Source: Hydrolagus colliei
Taxonomy: Eukaryota
Assembly (NCBI GenBank): GCA_035084275.1
Contig: CM068756.1
Span: 8,990,001-9,054,000, forward strand
DNA: 64,000 nt
Direction of reading: 5' to 3'
Shown here: in pieces, positions 1 through 10,865 of the stretch
Position numbering within the stretch: position 1 is the stretch's first letter
Layout of the letters: every line of letters starts with the position of its first letter
Position numbers and translations under genes: made by a program
Notes under the pieces: generated by a model
Told to the model about the DNA's origin: nothing
Seen by the model: only the letters and a program-made list of their open reading frames with translations
Database searches by the model: none

Positions 1-1129
1 AGTACCCTTGTACTAGCGGAAGAACAGATAAGGGTTTTCTTGTTGCCATTTAAGTTTTAGCACTAATGCTTTTCTCTGTTATCCCTTCCCTAGGATGTTG
101 AAAGGGAATTGCTCTTTGATTTTTCAAGGGATTTTCAGAAGGCAGAATCATTAGTTTAAGCTAAAGAGATAAATTGCACTGCATTTGAATAGAAACAATC
201 ATGTTGTCATTATCAGTATTAAATTAAGCAGATTTGCGTTGGCTTTTCAAACACACACATCCCCTCTAATGGTATAATCACTGACTTTAGACCACAACAA
301 AGGCTAACAATGAGATCAGAATCAGAGCCAATTTTCAAGCCAATTTTTCTCTCCTGGTAGAAGGGATATAGCGTGCCCTGTGCCTCTCTGATGATGAGCC
401 TAGATAAAAAAAAAGAAGCTGCCAGAGATATGAATAAGCAAAGCAAAAGCTGGGAACAGGAAATGTCAAGCCTTGAAGACATTGTCGTAAATGACTACAT
501 TGGAGCTTGATGCTTATCATTCAACAAAAATGTGAGCGATTTTAGGTGACGAGCTGGTCAATGAAAAATGGGTTCGGGTGGAATTCCTTGGCTTCTCTGC
601 AGGATCCATTGTTCCACAGTGTTCTTCGGCTGTCCGACTTTCAGACTTTGTATCTGCAATAACCGCTCTAGTACAGTGGCTAGAAGCAGGTGCGTTCCTT
701 TTAGGTTAGCCAAAAGAGAATCCTTGTCAAACAACAAAACAAGCATCATTTTAATTACCACATGAAATCGTTATTCTCAGTTATAAAGTCTTAAAAAAGG
801 TGAGTTTCCTTATCCATGCCCCCACTTTTTTGAAACAAATATAAATTTCAAAAATATAAGGTGAAATGTAACATACTTTTACTTTTCATTGTGTATTTTT
901 GGATTATTTTGTACTCATTATATCATCTAAATTCTGGGTTACAGAAGCTATAGCTGTCCCAAAGGCCAGAATAAACATCAAGTAAAATCTCGGAGAAGCT
1001 TCTGGGGTTAACGTAAAGATTGTTTTTCTTTTGACATTTTTTTCCAGTAAGTAAAACTTAGAGCTGCTCTGATTTCACCATCAGCTCTTGCAGTTGAAAA
1101 AAGTATTAAACTCCCCAAATAACTCAGTA

Positions 1130-1275
1130 AGTTTATCTAGCACTTTGTGTAAGGGAAGGTCCTGGGTTCAATCCGCAGACCATGCTGAATACAGTAATCT
1201 GATCTTTCAATCCGTGAAACTGTCCTTCCAGTAGAAAGAAAAATAACCTTTATGAGAGGAAGGAGAGGGGGGAAA
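1130..1275 (+). mobile_element. Degenerate, internally deleted AmnSINE2-like tRNA SINE
   Basis: GGAAGGTCCTGGGTTCAATCC B-box segment and a GAGAGGAAGGAGAG 3' end resemble the recalled consensus. Confidence 0.4.
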
Positions 1276-2750
1276 TGTATATAATGATGATGATAACAAT
1301 TATAATAATACTTGCATTTGTTACTGTGCCTTTCAGCTAGGAGGATAACTTAAAAGTGCTTTACAGGATGTAATAGTAACTTGAAGGTACTGAGTACATT
1401 GTATGCGAATATTAAAATAAATGAATGCACCAAATAATAATCAAAAAATGCTAAAAATTGATTAGCTTAGTTGAGGGATTCCCTTCCCAGTGAAGGTGGA
1501 TGTTGGTTAAGCGCAGAAATAAGCTTAACTGCAATGGTCTCCCGCTCAAATTCACTATCAAAGCTCACATGTAAATGAGGCCACTGAACCAAGCTGACTG
1601 AAAACAATTGCAAAAGGATGTATTTAAAAACAACATAATTCTTTCTAATTGCTTGATTTTTAACATTGATACTGATACTTTGCCTCGACTGTTAAATATG
1701 GCCCAAGCGACTGCATTGAATTCTCTTTCTAGCTCCACCACCCCACACTTCTCGCTACTTGAGGAGGAATGCAGAGTTTGATTCATTCCAAGTGGTAAAT
1801 TTATTGGTAGTACTTCACTGCGGAGCTGCAGTTTAACACTCTGTGCTGCCTAGAATGAATAGCGAGCTCCTTTCACATGCTTTTGGAGCCTGGGAGGATT
1901 GAGAAGAAATTCAAGCAGCCTTACTTAAAATTGCTCCCTCTGTTCAGCCAGAAGTGAGCCTATGTGCAGCACATAATGCAAAAAGCATGTGAGCATTTTA
2001 GAATTCAGTGAGGCAGAGTGCATCCTGTGTGCCCTAATGGCATTTTTAGTGTCAGCAGCGCTTCAAGTGAAGATATTGCTTTGGATACACTAGAGCGTAT
2101 AAATCTAGAGTTGTTCTGTGGTCCACTTCGGTGACCATTTGAGTGCTGCAGCACATTGGAACCCCTTCCCCAAACCAATTCTTAACGTGGAGTTCAATTC
2201 CGGATCATAAAACAGGGGGCAATCGATTGAGTGCCAACTGAATCGAAGAGGAAAGGTATTCATAACATTTGTCGCCTATTCCTATTCTGGTATTTATCAG
2301 TAACTCCATTGTCTTCAAACGGCGGATATGAGGCAGTTTGAGAGCATATATCATATGGAGACATTTGTACATTTGCTCTCTTTTTAATGGCAGTACCTGC
2401 ACCATCTGCCCCCACGAGGGCAGACAGCCAAACGTCTCCCAGTTGACTCACGTGATACTGGCCAGGGTGACTCTATCTCCATTATGCTCTCCTTCCATGC
2501 GGGGAGGTGCACGGCCTCTGCTCGACACTGTGACTGTGATTAGGAAGTCAGCCTGCGAGGGGATTGTATCCCACCGCCCCGCGTCCAACCCCTGCAGGCT
2601 CCAGTAACGCTGCATTGAATACGTCTCATTCAAACCCCGTGATGAATGTAGTTTGGCTCCTTAGCGGCACTTTAACTCTGCGAGAGCTGCTGTTTCAAAT
2701 TGAGATAATTACAACATTTTGCCAATTAAATTCAAAACGCAATTCTAAAG

Positions 2751-2955
2751 TAATAATAATACTTGCACTTGATATAGCGTGTCGTCAGAACATCTGAAAG
2801 CATTTATAAGAATAGTCCTTACTTAATATAGCGCCTTTCATGTCGGGAGGACGTCACAAAGCACTTCACAGGATTTAAGGGTAATGTGCAGTAACTGTGT
2901 ATTTATAAGCAAACACGGCAGCCAAATTGCACACAGCAGTGTCCCAAAAACAATT
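2751..2955 (-). mobile_element. Deu-domain SINE 3' half with a second tandem L2-type tail
   Basis: Two successive CTTGCA(C/T)TT.ATATAGCG-like tails, then CACGGCAGCCAAATTGCACACAGCAGTGTCCC (Deu segment, reverse). Confidence 0.8.
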
Positions 2956-3630
2956 TACATGATTTATCTTAAGAGTAAAGTGTAAAGTAAAGCGTATAGC
3001 AGAGTATCAGGGTAAAGTATTTTTATAGTCAGTTTAGGTAGGTCCAAGATGTACCCAATGGAGACAGTAAAGATGGTGGCATCCATTTGTCATATTCATC
3101 TCATTATAAAAGGAGAAAACCACAATGAGTACAAAATAAATTTGGTTACTAATATATTTGTATTCCTGAAACAAGATTAGTACACAATCATTTGCCCGCC
3201 TCGAAATGAACAGTGTTACATTTTAATTTCTTCCTTATTTGTTATCTTCCACGTACAGTGGGTAACTGGGGAATCCAACACTCTGTGGAAGATAACTTAA
3301 TTCATAGAATGTGGAATGAGGGGCTGGGAGGTGAGTTATTTACCTTTTAAGGCTGTTCAGTTGGAGGTTTTATTTTTTCTCTCAAACAGATGCAGTGTTA
3401 AAGCTGTCTGAAAGCCTTTTGGTCTTTCTCATCCATCTCTCCAGTAGTTTTTTACCGCTTAATTCTTTAAACTTCTAAAGAGCTTAATCAATCTCTCGTT
3501 CGGTATAAAGCCGTGTTTGCACTTTAAAGTTTGCATTGCTCTTGTGGTTAGGAATGACAGCAGGTCCACGTGGCAGAAGCCCGTTTCTTTTTATAACACT
3601 TGTTCTCCCTCCAAGTAATGGAATGCAATA

Positions 3631-3658
3631 GGGGGTGGGGGGGGAGGGGGAGGGGGGG
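3631..3658 (+). repeat. G-tract with G-quadruplex potential
   Basis: GGGGGT GGGGGGGGA GGGGGA GGGGGGG: four G-runs with 1-nt loops. Confidence 0.8.
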
Positions 3659-3699
3659 TAAAAACTTTCAGCAGCTTGCATCAGAGACTTTAAAAATAT

Positions 3700-3726
3700 T
3701 TATATATATATATATATATATATATA
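3700..3726. repeat. (TA)n microsatellite
   Basis: Read directly from the sequence. Confidence 0.95.
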
Positions 3727-6151
3727 AATACTCAAGAGCAGCTTTCAATGCCTAATACGAAGCTTTGGTGATCATGTGGGTGATCAAAAGACAGGAAAGT
3801 TGTGGTTTTTCAGAAACCTTGCCAGCATCTGAAAGGTTTAGTTAGCAGTTTCTTTCCCTGTACCTAACTCATTTTTCTTATCAACTTCCACTAAAAGGTC
3901 AAATTGAGCAGAGACTTGGACAGCTGTAGAACATGCATCCTCGATTGTTTTTAATTACCTTCCTTTTCACTGACGCCGGTAATTCTTGTTTACACTGTCA
4001 AAACGCTATCTGCTGAGTACAAGTGGACCATCCTTTTGAGGTCACATGCATAACCCCGGCGCATAGTTACAATTTAAATCGCCTCCTTTTGTTTTTGTTA
4101 ATGTGTACAGAAGTTGTATGCATGGAGGGTGCTCAGCAAAAACTCTCTAAGCCTAAATAACTTATTGTAAAAGTGTCACAATATGAGCACATTTCTCTCT
4201 CCACACCACAGTGGTTTAGCTTTAGCTTTGTGCATCCAACCACAAACTGGTTTATTCATTTAACAATGGACAATTTTTTTTAGGTTTTGCTCCTTTGACC
4301 TCTGCTGACCCTCCCCCTCCGTCACTTTAGAAATCACTTCGCTCTTTCTTTCTTTTTTCCTTTCTTTCCATTCCTCCTCCCTCTTGGCTATTAATATTTT
4401 TTTTAACCTCCGAAGAGCAAAGTGATTGTGTTTCTTTTACTGGCGCTTTGTAAATCTTAGTAACCATACACCAACATTGTTATCACAGGACTAAAGGGAG
4501 AAAAAGTTACAAGACTTTAAGCCATTCTTGAGAATGGTCACTTTCTAAAATGCTCTTTTTCTGTCCCCTCAATGGCATTTGACTTTAGTGCTGTATTGTA
4601 AGGTGTACACCAATGGAACAATTAAATACATTTGTTTATGTGCTTTTGTACCCTGATTTTGTTCTGTAATTCTAAATCATTATTGAAGCATGTAACAGAC
4701 GGACCTCTTCAGCATTCATTAAGGACTATAAGTGCTTGCTGTAACTTGTGTCAGGATCTGACCGAAGGAGAAGAGAATTAAATACAAAAGACTGAAATAC
4801 AACAAAGACTTCCTTTCTGCCTCAATACTTCTGCAAAAACATATGTTCAGCCGTGCAGGCAACTGTTGGGTTAAGGACACTCTAAGGAAAAGAAACAAAA
4901 GACACTCTCTGCTCTTGCATTCACAGTGGTTTCAAGCATATTCACTTGTTAAGGACTAGACTGTCAGCTGGTTCCTTTTGCAAGTGTAATTTCTTTCGTT
5001 CCTCTTGAAAAGCATTTTTTTGCTAATGTTTTACACTTCATATAATCTGGTGTGTATGCAAAGCCCACTCCTGCCTTGACATAATTGATGTCAGGCTGAA
5101 GGAGTAGCCTGCTCTGAGGGTAAATCTACTGGAAAGGGTAACCTCTCAATCACCCACACATCAGCGGGTGCCAAGCCACTTTTTCTTTTGTATCTTTAAG
5201 TATATGAGTGGGACCCTCATTCCTAGCAGCACAAGGTGTCGCTATTATACCCATACAAATGAGCTTAAGAAGTCTTAAGAGGCTTGTAGCCTTTTTATTT
5301 TGGCTAGGTTTCGATATCACACTACTGAAAATTGTATTTATATAACATTACTAAACCTGGGGGATAAACAGCTGTTCACTACCATGTATGAATAGAGATC
5401 AAGTTCTGGATGTCGAAGCATAAAAGCTGTTGCTAAATATTCTTTTAAAATCACATCATGGTTTGGAATGTCAAATAAAGCGCTTTGTAGACTGAAACTA
5501 TGGAGAACAGGTTCAATTTATGATGCAGCCACTGCAACTTACCTTTGATTAAATAACTTGGCATTTGTTGGTTGTATTCCATATTGCATAGGTCCCTTGA
5601 TAGGTAGTCTATACACAATGGTCCATTTTATCCTCAAAAACCCATCAAATATCTTTAAAATCCTGCCTGTGTGACAACACAATAGGCCCAGCAGGTGAAG
5701 TGTAATATTCCCCATGATTTTATTATTTCTTGTAAGCTTACACAAAGAAATGTTGTGAGAAGTTTAAAATGACCTGTGCTGTTCATATATTAAATAGAGC
5801 ATGTAAGGGATTTCTTTCATACCCATACAGGATGTCTGTTGTGAATTTAGCCAGCAGTGTCATAACACGCCTCATATGGGTTTAATCAAAGATCAGAATA
5901 CAGTAGAGCAGACTTTACCTGGCGGACCTTGTGTCTGTTCTGCTACAATCTACTCACAATACATCCACCTCTTCAGTCGCCTTTAATTTGCAGAACTGTA
6001 ATGCGTTCTCCTTGTTTATTTTAACCTATTTATTGCACTGATTTTACTGCACTGAATTTATTTGTAGTTTGTTATACAGTAATATGGGACAAATTATATT
6101 ATAGGCCACTGTATTTTGCGTCTGACAACCACTTTAGCTTTCACAATGGTG

Positions 6152-6438
6152 ATAATCATTTGATACACCAGGATATGCTAGGACGTCTTCTAGACATCTC
6201 AAAGCGCTCACAGAGTATACTGTAAAGTGAATTGACTTGATATGTGGGCGATATGTGGCAGCCAATTGCCCACAGCAGTGTCCCACAAACAGTGAAAATG
6301 ACCAATTTATTATTGGGGCTTTTTGGAGGATTATTAGGCGTCTGGAGGAAGGAAACTTGCCCACTTGCCCTGCCTGGAATCGAACCCAGGTCTCTTGCTT
6401 ATAAGGCGAGTGCTCTAATCACTGAGCTACGGGACACC
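6152..6438 (-). mobile_element. Near full-length tRNA-Deu-L2 SINE (dominant family)
   Basis: Reverse complement shows A box TAGCTCAGTGATTAGAGCA, B box GGTTCGATTCC, the Deu segment GTGGGACACTGCTGTG..AATTGGCTGCC and an L2-like tail. Confidence 0.9.
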
Positions 6439-6599
6439 CATTGGTGCAAATATCAGATCTTCTACTCTATTTGATTATGACAATATATCCTGCGTTATTG
6501 GGCAAGATTTTAGTTCACTATCTGAACTTGAGCGATATAACTGTCACCTCTTTGAAGACAAAGCCGATTAGATTGGTTAAGAACAGTTCAAATAAATAA

Positions 6600-6784
6600 A
6601 TAATTTGGTCATTCAATCCACGACTGTTTGTGGGACACTGCTGGCTGTGTCCCACAAATTGTCTGCTGTGTTTTACCCACAGAATACACAGTCAATTCAC
6701 TTTACAGTATATTCTGTGAAGAGCTTTGAGAACGTCACGAAGACATGATGAGGCATTATATCAAAGGCAAGGATTATTAGTATT
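6600..6784 (+). mobile_element. 5'-truncated tRNA-Deu-L2 SINE
   Basis: Deu segment plus tail CAGTCAATTCACTTTACAGTATATTCTGTGAAG...GCAAGGATTATT. Confidence 0.9.
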
Positions 6785-9419
6785 CATGCTCTTGAGATAA
6801 TATAATTCTCCATTTCACTGATATTTACATTAGAAACTACAAGAAGTAAATTACTCTGAAGAAGCATTACCCCCTTTACTTACCAAAGCACTAAATGAAA
6901 CATATCTCCACTTGGCAAAGTGCACTTTCCACGGACCCAAGCTGGATTGCACAATGGCCTCTAACTTCACTTGCTGTTCTAACTTGAAGAGGGTCCAATC
7001 TTTTTACAGCTCTCTGTAGATCAGATGGGGGATGTTTAACAAGGAGTTCAACTCTCATGAAGGGAGTTCAGCTTCCCTTTAACCGAGACTTAAATCAAGC
7101 TACTGTAGGATCTCAAAAGCTAACAGTTAAATAGAGTAGCAACCTCCCTTTATTGTGGTAATAAACTTTAGAGCTATCTGAGGCCCCTGCCATGGAATTA
7201 CTGGAGATAAGTGAACAGTCTGAAATAAAAAAGTAGCACCAGATGCATAACCTTCTAAATAAAGGATTAAAAGAAGTTAATTTTATGGGGAGATGGCAAC
7301 CTGGTCAAGAGATGAGAGATGTACACTGCAAAATATTCTTTAACTGATGCTAATGAGTAGAGGAAAGAGAATGGGTGCAATCCATCGATCAAAGAAGTTA
7401 TCCAAATAACAATCAATTAAGCTGAATTAATTGTGTAGTTTATATTTTAGTTGGAGTTAACAGTCGGAAGAACTAAACTATTCCATCCCCCACCATCTGT
7501 TGTCTGAGTGCAAGTGAGATTGTGCCCGGCAGCGTCAATACAGCTGAAACTGCTGTGTTAAATGAATCTAAAACATACAGGATAACATAGTTTTTTATAT
7601 AATAAAATGAACAGTTGACTTTCTGCTCGAAGTTCTCTAATTAATGTTGCTTATTTTTGCTCACAGCTGCATATGCCTGATATTAATCCTGAATTAATGC
7701 CACCAGAATTGCAAGGTGCTTTGTTGAATTACATATAAATACTGAGGACCTTTTAGGACTGAGAGTTTTAATGAAGGTAGCATAGGGACACAGTGAAAAA
7801 CAGAACTATTGCTCAGTATGAGACAAGCCAGTCTGAAGTTTTGAGTAACAGTGGAGGGACCAGACATCAAATCCCATTTCCTGATGTAGGAAAATAGTTA
7901 CTGCATTTAACATGAAAGATTTCAGGCATTTTGGAAAGCTCAGTTCAACTTTACATGCCAAGAGCTTAACTGCTGACACTAACCAAATCCAAGTAGGCTA
8001 GCAAGGGCAGAACACCGAGTCTCCAAGACTGTGCTCTTACTAGTATTTCTTATCTTTACATCCAAACATCAGGGGCCAAATAATAATATACAGAAGTATG
8101 AATTACTTGATGTTTCCTGTGTTCCATATGGTCATTCATGTCTCTGGCAATTAATCACACAGAATCAGAGAATGGTCTCAGATGCATTGATGTCAATGTT
8201 CAGCTGTACCTGTGCCTGTGGCGACGGCAGGGTCTGGAGGCGTGGAACAGTAGCACAAAGTGCTGTGGGCCTTGGAGCCGGAGGAGGTTAGCCTTGTTAT
8301 AACCTCAGCTTCACTGCCTCCTTTTCTGCCTCCTCTCGACAACATTTTTATTTTCCTTTATTGTTCAAACCGGACAAATTACCGAGACAAGCATTTTTTT
8401 TCTCCTCTCTCATGTAAGTTGATATTTTAGCAACCATAACTTCAGCTGTGATGTAGATTTATTGGGGGGGAAAATACTCTCATGCCTCTTGAACTATTGT
8501 TGAGGGCATTAAGCAGGTTCTAATATTCTCTACGCACTGGTTCCATAATTTCTTTTAAACATCTATTGATTGCTATCATTTGTCTGCGGGAGATGCAAGA
8601 GAATATGCAAACATTTATCCCACCCCTCTCCAAAATCCATTGAAGTGGCTAGCAAGAAATATTTAATGGTTATTATGGTCAGAAGTACATACAATGACAA
8701 CATTCAACAAAAGTAAAGTAAGGCAGAAGATGAAGAAACTGCTTGGATCTCTACTTAGATCCAACATAAAAATATAATTATTTACTTGTTTAAAGCTTTC
8801 AAACCTTCAGTTTGTACGTCAGGCACTTGCCCTGTTGCCCATGGCTTTGTGTCTGTTAACCCTTTGTGTAGAATGAAAACCCCACTCTGGCTTAGGCCTG
8901 CTATACTCTTGTCGCTTACCCTTGCTGTTGAGGCCTGTGTGCTATCTGGAGATGGAAAGGTCACTAGTGCTTGTTTGCCATTTCAAAAATGCAGGAAATA
9001 AATTTTCATCAGCCTGTAAACATTAGTTCTGTTTGAGTCTTCTGCTAACAGAAGGGTGAGATAAGACAGGCAATTGGGGTACCCAAACTGTTTGTTTGTT
9101 CTCTTGACCTGTAGCCTCTGACACACTATCAATTGCAATCCAAAGGACACAAGCGTCTGAAAAAAAATGTGAAAGCTTCACTCAGCAACAGATGAACAAG
9201 GGGCCTCAGAAGACAATTATCTGTCATTAACCTTCATTAAACTAATAAAGAGACAGAGACAGAGTGCCTTAGAGGAAAAAATGTTGGTGGTGGGATTGAA
9301 AGCAGCAAGCACTCCCATTCTTTCCAATGTTGTGTCAGTTGTTGTGTCAGTTGCTCTTGGGTGAGATGTACAATTGAGATGTGAAGAATGATTTTATTTC
9401 TCCATGTCTCTCGCACTTG

Positions 9420-9720
9420 ATAACATCTCTGTGTAGGGTTTCCGCGTCTACCTGAACCTTTTTGACCTTTAACATTGCTGCGCTGCTAACTTGTAGTCCA
9501 TTTATTCCAAACTGCAAAGGTTCAACCCGAGTCCACTGCGCAAATTGATTTACTTCAAATAAATATATTATCCATTTTGATCATCATTAACTTCATTTGC
9601 TTTTATTGATTCGTCTGTAGCAGGAGAGAGTAATAAAGGAGATATTGATTTGTGTTGCTCTTGCTTTATTTGCCAATGGGCTATTTTATTAATTTTCCCA
9701 TTTATTGCCTGCTCATTTTA
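9420..9720. promoter_or_regulatory. Candidate conserved non-coding element abutting FTO exon 8
   Basis: Repeat-free and retains CpGs. Contains DR4 TGAACC-TTTT-TGACCT (9453-9468) and several TGATT/ATTA homeodomain-type motifs. Conservation is untested. Confidence 0.45.
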
Positions 9721-9746
9721 TAATTTTGTTTTTTTTTCTTTCCCAG

Positions 9747-9871
9747 ACAAAGCTTTTGTTGCATGAAATCAATAAGGAGGAATGGCCTTCAGAAAAGCGG
9801 TGTGAAATTCTAAGCTGTCTTCTCCCACTTGTCGAGGAGCGGCAGAACCTGAGAATGAGCTGGATGGCAAG
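9747..9871 (+). CDS. FTO: FTO (alpha-ketoglutarate-dependent dioxygenase / m6A demethylase) internal exon, orthologous to human exon 8; phase 0 start, phase 2 end
   Basis: Long polypyrimidine tract plus CAG (9744-9746) and donor AAG|GTAAGG (9872). The open frame TKLLLHEINKEEWPSEKRCEILSCLLPLVEERQNLRMSWMA(R) aligns without gaps to the recalled human FTO segment [42 protein letters not shown] (about 20/42 identical). The 125-nt length and phases fit human exon 8 as I recall it. Confidence 0.93.
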
Positions 9872-10826
9872 GTAAGGCCTGTGATCTGCGGTGGCCAGAC
9901 ATGTGTAGCAATTAGTGCTTCTAGCCCAGCCTAACTGCACTCATTTCTTAATGAAAAAAAATCGATAGAGGACACAAACGCTAACAGTCTGTGTCAAAAA
10001 TATTTGCTTTTCCATGGGAAGGGGTAGGGGAGAGTTGGGAGAAGGACTAGTACAAAGAGATTGGTTACAAATGCCGCTGACTGACATTTTAATCAGAGGC
10101 TGGAGCCGCTGGTAAGGAGACAAGAGTCGAGTCGGTGACTAAATGCTAAAAGTGCGTTTTGAAAGCTTTGCAGCAGACAGGACACAGGCTACCATAACTA
10201 AACACCTGAAGGAAATTGTCTGGAGCGTGGTTTTCTTAACTGTCTCGAAACTTTGCTGAGAAGTGTCCCCTAGAGGCTGATACACCCATGACCCCTTTTT
10301 GTTTGATGTTTTTCCTACCCAGTGACCCATCTTGCACATGTGATGCATGAGAGTAGTACGAACAGATTGTTACCATACACCTCAGTTTACCTCATCAAAG
10401 CCTTAGACTGACTATTACTTATGAAGCTGAGGTGACCCCTTGTCATCTGGACTGAAGCGCCAACAATGGTAGCTATCAACTACACAGTGTTGAAAGCAAT
10501 AAAACATCCGCCATGATGCTTCCATGCTGGTGTTTCAGAGATCGGGCTATTGTATATGTTGTCATTACATGGAAAACTATGTGCTAAGGCAGGAAATAAT
10601 TAGCGCTTGTGTTATTCTAAAAAGCCAGGCAGTTGTGTTGTACCAAATTACTTTCACCAGGTGAAGGGGGAATCAGCTGGATTTGATAAGTGCATGCCTC
10701 GACCTCCCGTTTCCTGAATGGGCTCAAGTGACAACATCACACGATGCGAAGGCTGCAGTTTGTTTGACAGACCATACTTTCTGACGGACGGCCTGTTATA
10801 GCTGTTCAAGAGGTGCTCAAGCCATT

Positions 10827-10865
10827 TGAACTGACCCCGTCTTGACCTTTCCTAACCAAAGGTCA
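10827..10865 (-). promoter_or_regulatory. Candidate DR5 retinoic acid response element with extra half-sites
   Basis: TGACCC-CGTCT-TGACCT at 10832-10848 reads AGGTCA-n5-GGGTCA on the minus strand. TGAACT overlaps at 10827-10832 and AGGTCA follows at 10860-10865. Confidence 0.5.

Larger units (their letters stand above)
1..9746 (+). other. FTO: FTO intron 7 (3' part)
   Basis: Lies upstream of the exon 8 acceptor; I saw no exon 7-like coding sequence (VEFEWLRQFWFQG...) in the window. Confidence 0.8.
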
